From positions 151,797-215,796 of the forward strand of contig CAVWCX010000001.1 of NCBI GenBank assembly GCA_963753595.1: DNA of 64,000 bases, given 5' to 3'. The notes under the pieces were generated by a model. That model was given only the letters and a program-made list of their open reading frames with translations, had not been told where the DNA came from and did not search any database. The translations under genes were made by a program, and so were the position numbers. This document shows, piece after piece, positions 49,583 through 59,203 of the stretch. Position 1 is the first letter of the stretch. Every line of letters begins with the position of its first letter. The DNA is from Candidatus Methanoperedenaceae archaeon (GTDB lineage: Archaea; Halobacteriota; Methanosarcinia; Methanosarcinales; Methanoperedenaceae).

Positions 49583-50038
49583 TTATTCAAAAAATTCATA
49601 TCTTGAAACAATTTTTGCAAATTTGTTTCCATTTGAAAGAAGTGTAATACTTGTTTCATTTCCTGGAATACCGGAGATGTTGGTTGAAATTCTGGCATCT
49701 ATTATTTTGTCATTTAAAAATACTTTATTCGGAGTGAGATCAAGTATATCACCTTTTGCAAATTTATTATCATCCGGGCCTAATTTTTCATAAATAGAAT
49801 ATATATCACCCTGTTCGATAATTATGGTAAAACCACTCATAGCTATTTCATCACCACCCCTGTGACTTAATATGACATGACCCGTTCCTACATCTGCCGT
49901 TATAGTTGATCCGGGCAAAGGTTTGGTGATATTTTGCGTTAAATTCTGCTTCTGTTCAACATCTTCTGAATTTATGCAACCTGAAACAATTATCATCAAT
50001 CCTATTGCGGCAATTAAAGATATATGCAGGTTTTTCAT
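49583..50038 (-). CDS. Lipoprotein with an archaeal-pilin-like globular domain
   Basis: Lipobox IIVSGC; VILSHRGGDEI motif. Confidence 0.6.
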   Translation of the reverse strand: MKNLHISLIAAIGLMIIVSGCINSEDVEQKQNLTQNITKPLPGSTITADVGTGHVILSHRGGDEIAMSGFTIIIEQGDIYSIYEKLGPDDNKFAKGDILDLTPNKVFLNDKIIDARISTNISGIPGNETSITLLSNGNKFAKIVSRYEFFE

Positions 50039-50161
50039 AAATGCAAAGTTTATCTGATTAATGGATAAACCTATCGATAAGAAAATAACCAAAAATTATT
50101 TATGCCAGTAATACTTCATAGGTTCAAATAGAACTCACAGTAATAATATGGTGATAAAACA

Positions 50162-50971
50162 ATGTTAGGCGGATTCAATGAAGAACAAATAAGAAGATAC
50201 TCCCGTCATATCATATTACCGGAAGTAGGTGGAAAAGGACAAAAAAAACTGCTCTCATCAAAGGTATTATGCATAGGCGCAGGGGGTCTTGGAGCACCAA
50301 TAATTGAATACCTTGCAGCAGCAGGCATCGGAACTCTTGGTATTATCGATGATGACACTGTGGATTTGAGCAACCTCCAGAGACAGGTCATACATGGCGG
50401 CAATGTGGGAATGCCAAAAGCCGAATCTGCGAAACAATTTGTTAATAATCTCAATCCTGATATCGAAGTGAAAACATACATTGAGCGGCTGAATGCCAAT
50501 AATGTTATCGATATTTTTAAAGAATATGATATGATCGTTGACGGTTCTGATAATTTTGCGACAAGATATCTTGTTAACGATGCATGCGTTATCACAAATA
50601 AACCATTATCTCACGGAAGTATTTATCGTTTTGAGGGACAGGTCACGACGATCGTTCCTCGCAAGGGACCCTGCTACAGGTGTCTCTTCGAACATGCTCC
50701 TCCTCCCGGAATGGTACCAAGCTGCCAGGAAGCAGGCGTACTTGGTGTCCTGCCCGGAATAATCGGTGTAATACAGGCAACTGAAGTCGTGAAATATCTC
50801 CTCGGGATTGGCGAACTGCTTGTGGGGCGTCTTATTTATTATGATGCGCTGAACATGACTTTCGATGAGATCAAGATGAGGTGGAACAAGAACTGCCCGA
50901 TTTGCGGTGAAGTGCCGAAGATAACATCAATACAGGAAGAGATATATGGGGATTCATGCAGAATATGGTGA
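50162..50971 (+). CDS. moeB: MoeB/ThiF-family adenylyltransferase (E1-like)
   Basis: RYSRHI, IGAGGLG, SNLQRQ, DNFATR, CYRC, CPIC. Confidence 0.9.
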   Translation: MLGGFNEEQIRRYSRHIILPEVGGKGQKKLLSSKVLCIGAGGLGAPIIEYLAAAGIGTLGIIDDDTVDLSNLQRQVIHGGNVGMPKAESAKQFVNNLNPDIEVKTYIERLNANNVIDIFKEYDMIVDGSDNFATRYLVNDACVITNKPLSHGSIYRFEGQVTTIVPRKGPCYRCLFEHAPPPGMVPSCQEAGVLGVLPGIIGVIQATEVVKYLLGIGELLVGRLIYYDALNMTFDEIKMRWNKNCPICGEVPKITSIQEEIYGDSCRIW

Positions 50972-50977
50972 AATAAT

Positions 50978-51202
50978 ATGACAATTGAACTTGACTTGAA
51001 GGGTGAGGTTTGCCCTTACACCTTCGTAAAAACGAAACTGAAGCTTGAAGAAGTAGAAAGCGGCGAGGAACTGGTCGTATTTTTTGACCATGCACCGGCT
51101 GTTGAAAATGTCCCGCGAAGTTTGAAAAATGAAGGTCATAAAATAATGGGAATTGAGCAAACAGGTGATCATCTCTGGAAAGTAAGGATAAAAAAAGCAT
51201 GA
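50978..51202 (+). CDS. tusA: TusA/SirA-family sulfurtransferase
   Basis: LDLKGEVCPY. Confidence 0.88.
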   Translation: MTIELDLKGEVCPYTFVKTKLKLEEVESGEELVVFFDHAPAVENVPRSLKNEGHKIMGIEQTGDHLWKVRIKKA

Positions 51203-51501
51203 AACTGGGGATACTCCTGACCACAAGCCCTGAGAATGAGAATACCAATACTGTTATTGAAATAAGCAAAGCTGCAAGGGATTGCGGTCATGATGTCTCT
51301 ATTTTCCTGATGTATGATGGCGTTTATAATGTGAATAAAAAAGAATTTGCAGAATTGGTTGACAAAGGCGTTGAAATAGCAATTTGCGCATTTAACGCAG
51401 AACAAAGGCATGTCGCTAAAGTGGATGGCATATTATTCGGAAGCCAGTACGACCATGCCTGCATTGCAAATGATGTCGATCGGTTCATATCGTTCGGATG
51501 A
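51199..51501 (+). CDS. DsrE/TusD-family protein
   Basis: IFLMYDGV, AICAFNAEQR. Confidence 0.8.
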   Translation: MKLGILLTTSPENENTNTVIEISKAARDCGHDVSIFLMYDGVYNVNKKEFAELVDKGVEIAICAFNAEQRHVAKVDGILFGSQYDHACIANDVDRFISFG

Positions 51502-51504
51502 ATT

Positions 51505-51849
51505 ATGAAACATATTACTGTAATTGTAAGAAACCTTCCTTTCAATACGCGAAAAAACGCCGAAGCGCTGCGCATGAGCGTGGGGCTGACACTTCGGGAG
51601 GATAAAGTCACAGTTATATTCATAGATGACGGAGTCTATACAGCAACCCGCACAAAATCGGAAATTATCAATGTTCCTCCTCCTGTAAGGGAATTCGGGG
51701 CGCTTTTCATGCTTAAATGCAATATGCTGGCAGATAAACCTTCAATGGAAAAAAGAGCGATCCAGGAGATCCTTGAAAATGTAAAATGTGTTGAACGTGA
51801 AGAGATCATCCGAACAATTAACGAATCAGATATTGTTATTCCATTTTAA
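51505..51849 (+). CDS. DsrF/TusC-family protein
   Basis: AEALRMSVG, VIFIDDGVY. Confidence 0.8.
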   Translation: MKHITVIVRNLPFNTRKNAEALRMSVGLTLREDKVTVIFIDDGVYTATRTKSEIINVPPPVREFGALFMLKCNMLADKPSMEKRAIQEILENVKCVEREEIIRTINESDIVIPF

Positions 51850-51851
51850 TT

Positions 51852-52097
51852 ATGAAGATATTACATATTATCAGGAACCCAAACGATGCTACCCCGCTTG
51901 AGATAGCCAGATCCCAGAGCAATGAGCACGAAGTTGCAGTTCTTCTCTTGCATGATGCTGTTTACGCGAATACCGATCTTCAAGTATATGCGTGTGCAGC
52001 GGATGCCCGGGCAAGAGGGGTCACGAAGCATGAATGTGTGGATTTTAAGAGAATAGCCCAGATGCTATTTGAATATGATAGAGTTGTGTCGTGGTAA
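51852..52097 (+). CDS. DsrH/TusB-family protein
   Basis: LLLHDAV, DARARGV, ends VVSW. Confidence 0.8.
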   Translation: MKILHIIRNPNDATPLEIARSQSNEHEVAVLLLHDAVYANTDLQVYACAADARARGVTKHECVDFKRIAQMLFEYDRVVSW

Positions 52098-52162
52098 GAT
52101 AACCGCATTTTTTTTAATAGAAGTTTCAACAAAATCGTTTACAATCCTAATTTTGATGTTCC

Positions 52163-53545
52163 TTATTCTTTCACCCTTCCGAAATCATCCTCAAATCTTT
52201 CAATATCATCTTCACCAACATAATCACCGAGCTGCACTTCGATAATTTCAAGCGGTATTGTTCCGGGATTTGATAACCTGTGTTTGATCCCTCCCTTTAT
52301 GAAAGTGCTTTCTCCCTTGCGTAAATAAAATTCCTTATCATCGACCTGGATCCAGGCCATTCCTGTGACAACTACCCAGTGTTCGCTCCGGTGATTGTGA
52401 AGCTGAAGACTGAGTTTCTTACCAGGTGTTACTGTAATGTTCTTGATCTTATGTACTTCTGACTCTTCCAGTATCGTGTATGAGCCCCATGGCCTGTACA
52501 CAGTCATGTGGAACAATGCTTTATCATTATTCTGTTTCTTAAGTGATGTCACGATCTCCTTGACCTTCTGGCATGATTTCCTGGGAGAAACAAGAAGGGC
52601 ATCAGGTGTATCCACCACAACCATATCACTTACATCTATGAGTGATACGATTTTTTCTTTTTTAGAATATATGAGATTTCCGCTGGAATTTAAAGACAGG
52701 TCATCACAATTATAAACTACATTTCCCAATCCATTCTTGTCCGTTTCGTGGAATATCGAATCAAAGTCACCAAGATCGCTCCATTTATATTCAAGCTTTA
52801 CAACAGCTACTTTATCTGATTTTTCCATTATGCCATAGTCAATCGAAATGGATGGAAGTTCATTATAAATTTGTTCGATATTCTTTCCATTTTTGAAAGC
52901 TGAAATAATATCTGGCGCATGTGTTTTAAGTTCCTTGAAAAAAACTCCGGTTTCGAACATGAACATGCCGCTGTTCCACAAACATTTTTCCTTTATATAT
53001 TTTTTTGCAGCCTTTAATTCGGGTTTTTCCCTGAATTCAAGAACTTTATAACCTATTTCAACATTTTTCCCTGGTTTTATGTAACCATAGTCCGTATGAG
53101 GAAAAGATGGTGTGATCCCGAAAGTCACAAGATATTTAGAACTCAATTTTTCTGCACTTTTAATTTGATCCATTGCTGCCATGTCAAGCATATGGTCAGA
53201 GGGGAAAACGCCCACAACACACTTGCCATACTGCTTTTTTATCTCATTCATACCTAAACATATTGCTGGAAGCGTATTCTTTCCCAGGGGTTCGATCAAT
53301 ATGTTTTTCTTTGGAACTTCAATCCTGAGTTCTTCCATTTGTCCTGATACAAAAAATTTCTGGTTTTCATTTGTAACAACAAATATCTCGGAAGGATCAG
53401 ACAACTTAAGGCATCGTAACACGGTTTTCTGGAAAAGCGATGTATTTTCAAGTTTTAAGAACTGTTTGGGATATTGCTCCCTGCTCAAAGGCCACAGGCG
53501 TGTGCCTGAACCACCTGCAAGTATTATGGATTTAATGTTGTTCAT
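52163..53545 (-). CDS. manC: Mannose-1-phosphate guanylyltransferase / mannose-6-phosphate isomerase
   Basis: LAGGSGTRLWPLSR, WNSGMF, SIDYGIMEK, RPWG, HRSEHW. Confidence 0.93.
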   Translation of the reverse strand: MNNIKSIILAGGSGTRLWPLSREQYPKQFLKLENTSLFQKTVLRCLKLSDPSEIFVVTNENQKFFVSGQMEELRIEVPKKNILIEPLGKNTLPAICLGMNEIKKQYGKCVVGVFPSDHMLDMAAMDQIKSAEKLSSKYLVTFGITPSFPHTDYGYIKPGKNVEIGYKVLEFREKPELKAAKKYIKEKCLWNSGMFMFETGVFFKELKTHAPDIISAFKNGKNIEQIYNELPSISIDYGIMEKSDKVAVVKLEYKWSDLGDFDSIFHETDKNGLGNVVYNCDDLSLNSSGNLIYSKKEKIVSLIDVSDMVVVDTPDALLVSPRKSCQKVKEIVTSLKKQNNDKALFHMTVYRPWGSYTILEESEVHKIKNITVTPGKKLSLQLHNHRSEHWVVVTGMAWIQVDDKEFYLRKGESTFIKGGIKHRLSNPGTIPLEIIEVQLGDYVGEDDIERFEDDFGRVKE

Positions 53546-53556
53546 ATTTTTTTAAA

Positions 53557-54717
53557 TCAGGTCACAATTTCTTCTATTCTTTCCTGTTCGATCGCCCTTC
53601 TTATTTCCATCGCCATTCGCCTTCCTGTGCTCATAGGTTTGCGCCAGAGGGTGTTACCGTATGGATGCCCTACCGAAACATGAACATTTGTTCCTCCGCC
53701 AACGCGCGGCGCCACATCATAAACATAGAAATTCAGGTCTTTGTCAACACATGTCTGGAGACAGAACGGTCCAATGATCCCTGGTTTATAATATTTCTGG
53801 GTTGCTTTGACATATTTCTGTGCCAGTTCAAATGCATCCTCAAGCAATGATTCACGAAGCGTTGCGGAATTATGGCCGCATACTGTATATTCGGGAGTAA
53901 GCTGGCGTTCGTTCAACGCGATCTGCTGGGGAGCAGGAAGCCGAACGTGCCCGTCAAGACTTGTCTCAAAGCGCCAATCAATACCGAGAAGCTCTACATT
54001 GCTCATTTTCTCTTCAAGTGGTGAATAGAACATATCAAGGTTAAATACAGGCCCGATGACATATCTTTCGATCCGGGCACCTTTAAGCGCTTCTTTTGTG
54101 ATTATCCCCTGTTTCAGGAATGCCCCTGATTTTTTCTTGTATTCATCAAAAGATGCTGCCGTGAAAAACCCCCGTTCCAGTTTCTTGACAGCATGAGGTA
54201 ATTTCACCATAACAAGGCTGTCGATATCCTCAGGACTTGCTATTTTTTCAGGATACGGAAGTCCTGCTTTTTCAAGAAGCCAGTAATAATCCCGTTCTTC
54301 GCCCCGCTCTTCGCTGCGCAGAAGGTTTCGGCTTCCGAACATTGGAACCTTGAAACTATTTTCTATTTCATCTATCCCGCAATAAGAGGTAAAAGATCGG
54401 TTGGGAATGAAAATAGTATTATTATCCCTCATTTTCTTCTGGTTTTGCGGCTTCATTATCTCATTGAATTTTGTATATACATCAGCGCTGTCAACTATTC
54501 CTCGAATGAGTTTGCCATTTTCCCTATGAGCCTTAAAATATTTTGTGTAGGTCTTTTCCCGTCCTTTTTCGCATACTGCATATGTCTTGAACCCTTCTTC
54601 GACCGCTCCATCGCATACGTCCAGCGCTGAATGAGATGCCAGGACACCTATCGTTGTTTCACTGATATCATATTCGCATAGTACTTCGGTTATTTCCTCT
54701 CTTTCTATCATATTCAC
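53557..54717 (-). CDS. purP: PurP-family formate-dependent FAICAR synthetase (ATP-grasp)
   Basis: ASHSALD, ERGFF, LRESLLE, IGPFCLQ, RVGGGTN. Confidence 0.85.
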   Translation of the reverse strand: MNMIEREEITEVLCEYDISETTIGVLASHSALDVCDGAVEEGFKTYAVCEKGREKTYTKYFKAHRENGKLIRGIVDSADVYTKFNEIMKPQNQKKMRDNNTIFIPNRSFTSYCGIDEIENSFKVPMFGSRNLLRSEERGEERDYYWLLEKAGLPYPEKIASPEDIDSLVMVKLPHAVKKLERGFFTAASFDEYKKKSGAFLKQGIITKEALKGARIERYVIGPVFNLDMFYSPLEEKMSNVELLGIDWRFETSLDGHVRLPAPQQIALNERQLTPEYTVCGHNSATLRESLLEDAFELAQKYVKATQKYYKPGIIGPFCLQTCVDKDLNFYVYDVAPRVGGGTNVHVSVGHPYGNTLWRKPMSTGRRMAMEIRRAIEQERIEEIVT

Positions 54718-54767
54718 CTGTAAGTTTTAAAAGTCCATGAATGTTGTGTTTTTGAGATAACAAAACT

Positions 54768-55544
54768 TTATGCCGATTTTATATTTTCAGCAATAATTAT
54801 GTTTGAACGTCCTTTCTTGATCTTCTTGATGAGGCCCCTGTTTTCAAGGTCTGCGATCATCAGGCTGACCTTTGCTTCACCATATATCACTTCTTTTCTC
54901 AAGTCCTTTTGGGTTATTCTTCCGCCCTTTTTCAATATTATATCATATAGTTCTTTGAGGTCATCGGGAAGTTCCATCTGGTACCTGTCTTCTTTTATCT
55001 CTGACTTTTCGGGAGGCAAAGGAACAGGTTCATCGATTTTTGAAATAACAGGTTTCTTTTTTCTCTTCCATATAAATATAATACTAACAATCAAAATAAT
55101 AATTAATGCAACAAGAAAAATCAGGATATAATTTGTGTAATCCGTCTGTTTTGTGTCTAATTCCCCGGTCAGGTTTATATTCCCGAAATACTCATATTCC
55201 GAATCAATAGGTGGAAACAGAATAAGGTCAAGGTTCTTTGAATCATCTGTATTGTTTATCTGGAGCTTCTCTTCACCATATAGATCCATAATATTATTAT
55301 TATTATAATACCTGGCTTTGATAACATAACTTCCAGGGGAAACATAAAATAAATAGGTTCCGTCTCCCGAAACATTGTATTGCACCCGGGTGGAATTTTC
55401 TTCGACTTCAACTATTGCATTCTTAATGGGCTTCTCAATTTCAGACCATTCATATATTGTGCCGTACACCTTTGCTGCCTGGGCGCTAATGATCAGGCTG
55501 GTTATTAGAATTATCACTAAAATAATTCGTCTTTTCGTCAACAC
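54768..55544 (-). CDS. Membrane-anchored winged-helix protein (extracellular beta domain, transmembrane helix, C-terminal HTH)
   Basis: GGRITQKDLRK...EAKVSLMIADLENRGLIKKIKKGR. Confidence 0.8.
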   Translation of the reverse strand: MLTKRRIILVIILITSLIISAQAAKVYGTIYEWSEIEKPIKNAIVEVEENSTRVQYNVSGDGTYLFYVSPGSYVIKARYYNNNNIMDLYGEEKLQINNTDDSKNLDLILFPPIDSEYEYFGNINLTGELDTKQTDYTNYILIFLVALIIILIVSIIFIWKRKKKPVISKIDEPVPLPPEKSEIKEDRYQMELPDDLKELYDIILKKGGRITQKDLRKEVIYGEAKVSLMIADLENRGLIKKIKKGRSNIIIAENIKSA

Positions 55545-55740
55545 ATATTCTAATTTTAAAATATGGTATATATAGTTTATTATAAAGCTAAAAAAGCGCT
55601 TATAACGATTTATAAAGAATTATCAAGCATAAAAAAACTTAATTTCTTAATCACATAAAAGTATATTTATCTAATCAGTAATTATAGTATTGGGTATGCA
55701 ATCGCGGTTGCGATTGGAATAATAGAAGGAGGAAAAAAAT

Positions 55741-56700
55741 ATGAAACCCACAAAAATATTCAGGATTTTAACACCCGTAATCCTGGCGTTTTTCATCCTG
55801 AGCTTATTCTCTGGAACTGTTGCAGCACAGCCAACGGCCAGGGAACAGTATGAAAAAACAAAAGAACAATTCCAGATACAAAAGGAAAATTATGACAAAA
55901 CAAGACAGCAATTCGAAGATGCAAAAAAGCTCTTTGAGGATGCTAACAAACGATTAAAGGACGCAAAAGGCAACAAATCAGAAAATACCTCGAATGAAGA
56001 GTTATTATTTAGAGCCAGGGAATATATCCTTAAGGCAATAAACCATACCGAAGCACAGCTTCAGGTAATGAAGAACAGGCTTGACAATCCTGAAATTAAA
56101 GGAATATCTGCCTCTGATGCGATAAATATCATCGATGCACATACAGCGCAGCTTGAAAAGTTGAAAGGAAACGTCAGCCAGGCAACCACTATCCAGGAAA
56201 TCAGGGATGCACATAAAGAACTGGCAGGAATTGTAGCCAGGATAAATCTTGAAACGCGTTATTTCATGGGAATGGTGCTAAACAACAGGATCGACAATTT
56301 CATAAACCAGACAGATAACGTTTCAGCAAAAGTGGATGATGCAATTGCAAAATTGAAAGCTAATGGTACAGAAACAACAAAACTAGAGTCCGATGCAGCA
56401 GAATTCAAGAACAAGGTAAGAGAAGCAAAAGACATCCAAGCCCAAACAGTGGCTTTATTCTCAACTCATTCTGGATTTGCTGCAGATGGCACTGTTACGA
56501 TTGAAAAAGATGCCAGGGATTTCCTTAAAAAGGCAAATGACCTGCAAAGAGATACGATCAAGAAATTGAAAGAGGCAGGCAAACAATTGATAGAATTCGG
56601 TAAAGAATTCAGGAAACTTGCCCGTGGAAAAGTAAGAGTTAGCGAGAAAGGCGAACTGGAAATAAACGGTGAAGCCACTACCACATTTACTGCCAAGTAA
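55741..56700 (+). CDS. Secreted alpha-helical coiled-coil protein
   Basis: RBS GGAGG, signal peptide, heptad-rich sequence. Confidence 0.75.
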   Translation: MKPTKIFRILTPVILAFFILSLFSGTVAAQPTAREQYEKTKEQFQIQKENYDKTRQQFEDAKKLFEDANKRLKDAKGNKSENTSNEELLFRAREYILKAINHTEAQLQVMKNRLDNPEIKGISASDAINIIDAHTAQLEKLKGNVSQATTIQEIRDAHKELAGIVARINLETRYFMGMVLNNRIDNFINQTDNVSAKVDDAIAKLKANGTETTKLESDAAEFKNKVREAKDIQAQTVALFSTHSGFAADGTVTIEKDARDFLKKANDLQRDTIKKLKEAGKQLIEFGKEFRKLARGKVRVSEKGELEINGEATTTFTAK

Positions 56701-56714
56701 AGGAGAATAAAAAT

Positions 56715-56993
56715 ATGAAATGGATTTATATCTTAATATTTCTGGTTGTAGCGGCCTCAGCTTCAGGTTGTGTTGATAAGAATCAGGCTGAAACAACTGG
56801 ACAGACCCCTACCCAGACATCGGTTTCACCGGGTGAATCAGCGGTCACGTCCGGAACTGTTGTAACTCCGGAAGCCGCAGGATCTTCCCCGGCGGCATCG
56901 GAAGACCTTTTTGGGACAGAAAATAATCTATCTGCAATAGACACTACATTTAATGATATGAATATGGAAATTACCTTACTGGATTCCATTTAA
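56715..56993 (+). CDS. Small lipoprotein
   Basis: RBS AGGAG; lipobox ASGC. Confidence 0.7.
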   Translation: MKWIYILIFLVVAASASGCVDKNQAETTGQTPTQTSVSPGESAVTSGTVVTPEAAGSSPAASEDLFGTENNLSAIDTTFNDMNMEITLLDSI

Positions 56994-57116
56994 AGTAAAT
57001 GTAAGGGCATTTACTTTTCTTTTTTTTAAAGTACAAATTATGGGATTAGTTAACGATTCCCAGCTTTAAGATATAACGAAAAAAAGAAAAAAATTTAAGA
57101 AGAATTTGAATTCTTC

Positions 57117-57431
57117 TTAACCGAACAAGGCACCGAGGCCTTCCATTCCGCTTTCTTCAGCTTTCTCTTTGGATTTTTCATCTGCTTTTGGCGCTTCTGC
57201 TGCTGCCGGGGCTGCCGCTGCCGCTGCTGCTGGAGCTGCTGCTGCCGGAGCTGCAAATGCTGCCTTTGCAATGGCCTCTTCGATATTGACTCCATCAAGG
57301 GCTGAAACGAGTGCTTTTGCCCTTACTGCATCAACATCAACACCTGCTGCTTTGATAACAGAGGTTATTCCTTCTTCAGATACTTTTTTTCCTGCGCTGT
57401 GTAATAAAAGCGCTGCATATACGTATTCCAT
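57117..57431 (-). CDS. rpl12: 50S ribosomal protein P1/L12
   Basis: [11 protein letters not shown]...Ala-rich hinge...GLGALFG. Confidence 0.96.
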   Translation of the reverse strand: MEYVYAALLLHSAGKKVSEEGITSVIKAAGVDVDAVRAKALVSALDGVNIEEAIAKAAFAAPAAAAPAAAAAAAPAAAEAPKADEKSKEKAEESGMEGLGALFG

Positions 57432-57507
57432 TTTAATCACCTTTTATTGAATTTAACCGAATAACGGGCCAAAGCCCGTTATAAATATTTTATTGTCTCT
57501 ATTTTCT

Positions 57508-58428
57508 TTACCTGGGTGCTGCTGCAACCTTCTCCTTTATTTTGGTGCTGACCGAATTCGCGTCTTTTGCCATTGCCAATTTGGCAATAGACATCATCTG
57601 CGCATTTGCTTTTCCAAGCAGTACATCGATGATTTCCGGCATCATGACTTCAGCATTTATTGCAAGATTCCTTGACTGGGACGCTGCCTTTGTGAGCAGT
57701 GTGCTGATAGTTGCTTTGGCCGGATAAGCTGAGTTGACTGACAAATTGAATGCATGTTGGACTGCCAACGTCAGATTATTTGTATAGGTGGTCTCATCGA
57801 CCGACAGGATCTTTGATTCATAGATCATGCCATGTTCATAAACAGCACGAAGGTCAAGGCCCAATTCCATGGGGTGTATTTCAAGACGCGAAAGGATAGA
57901 TGCAAGTTTTGCATCAACAACATCGCCTTTTTTGGCAACGGTCTTTGTCTGGCGGATAACGACTTTTCCACCTTCGATGCCTGCCGGAATTCCTGCCCCT
58001 GTCAATTCTCCCACGATCGGGCCGGGGGGGAAGGAAGTCGGTCCTTTCTCGACTACTATATCCTTTGGAGCTATGCCTCCTGCTTTCATTGGTGCAGAGG
58101 TTTTCCCTTTATCCAGGATCTTAAAGAGTTTGAAAGGATTCTCGTTAGTAAATAATAACGCTGTCTGGCTTTCAACATACTTGTTTATCTGTTTAATATC
58201 GTCAGATGATTCGGCAAGTGCACGGTCAATAAGAGAATTCCTGCACATCTTGAGGTCCGCAATTCCGCGAAGGCTCTTTCTCATCAGTTGGAGCTGATTT
58301 GATGGAATTCCTGTAACTCCTACAATACCGATTGAAGAATGAGAAGTCATAAGTCTTTTTATATCCTCAATTTCATCTTTTTTCCATTTTGGGATATGAA
58401 TACTGTGGTGTGCGAGTTCAGTTGACAT
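57508..58428 (-). CDS. rplP0: 50S ribosomal protein P0/uL10 (C-terminal tail absent in frame)
   Basis: IPKWKKDE, GPTSFPPGP, LEIHPMELGL; position in the operon. Confidence 0.93.
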   Translation of the reverse strand: MSTELAHHSIHIPKWKKDEIEDIKRLMTSHSSIGIVGVTGIPSNQLQLMRKSLRGIADLKMCRNSLIDRALAESSDDIKQINKYVESQTALLFTNENPFKLFKILDKGKTSAPMKAGGIAPKDIVVEKGPTSFPPGPIVGELTGAGIPAGIEGGKVVIRQTKTVAKKGDVVDAKLASILSRLEIHPMELGLDLRAVYEHGMIYESKILSVDETTYTNNLTLAVQHAFNLSVNSAYPAKATISTLLTKAASQSRNLAINAEVMMPEIIDVLLGKANAQMMSIAKLAMAKDANSVSTKIKEKVAAAPR

Positions 58429-58429
58429 T

Positions 58430-59071
58430 TTATACCACCTTTATTGCCGGCCCCATTGTAGACTTGACGTAGATCGATTTGACGTTATACATGCCGCGTT
58501 CGTACCTGTGCTCAATACGGTTGATTATCGTCTCGATATTCTGGGATAATTTCACGGGGTCCATATCTTTTTTACCCACTGAAATATGGAATGTCATCTT
58601 ATCCTTGGATCTCACTTTTATTGAGTTCTTGGACTTGTTAATTACCTGAACGACATCTTTATCCGGTGTCAATGGTATGGGCATTTTTCCCCTGGGACCA
58701 AGCACCTGGCCAAGGGTTTTACCGATCACAGGCATGTATGCTGCTTCTGCTATGAAGAAATTCACTTCTTCGGCAAGATTTTTTGTTCGTGTTTTGTCTT
58801 CTCCGAGAATACTTATCTCTTCGGGATCAAAAACATAATCTGCACCAGCAGCTTTCGCCCTCTGGGCAGTATCACCTTTTGCAAATACCGCAATCTTTAT
58901 AGGTCTTCCCAGGCCGTTTGGCAGGATTATTTCTTCATCGAGCCTGTTCGTTGGCTGGTTCATATCAAGATTTTTAAGGTTGATGGCTAAATCAACGCTT
59001 TCCGCAAATTTTCGCTGTGGAGACTTTTCTAAAGCCTGCTTAACAGCTTCTAGTACTTTTTCATGTTCCAA
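58430..59071 (-). CDS. rpl1: 50S ribosomal protein uL1 (TTG start at 59071 after GGAGG)
   Basis: RKFAESVDLAINLK, LGPRGKMP, KSTMGP. Confidence 0.95.
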   Translation of the reverse strand: MEHEKVLEAVKQALEKSPQRKFAESVDLAINLKNLDMNQPTNRLDEEIILPNGLGRPIKIAVFAKGDTAQRAKAAGADYVFDPEEISILGEDKTRTKNLAEEVNFFIAEAAYMPVIGKTLGQVLGPRGKMPIPLTPDKDVVQVINKSKNSIKVRSKDKMTFHISVGKKDMDPVKLSQNIETIINRIEHRYERGMYNVKSIYVKSTMGPAIKVV

Positions 59072-59082
59072 TTTAATTCCTC

Positions 59083-59112
59083 CCGTAGTTATTCGACTAC
59101 TGTCTCCTACGG
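59083..59112 (-). promoter_or_regulatory. Putative uL1 autoregulatory mRNA site next to the Shine-Dalgarno sequence
   Basis: mRNA CCGUAG-GA-GAC-AGUA-GUC-GAAUAA-CUACGG resembles the 23S L1-binding asymmetric loop and runs into GGAGG. Confidence 0.65.
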
Positions 59113-59203
59113 ATGATAGGGGAGTACTCTTTTCTACTATAAAGTACTTTAAACTATCGGTAAAAAGTGGGTGTAAAATCTGTTGGTGTTTGTTGGAATC
59201 AAT

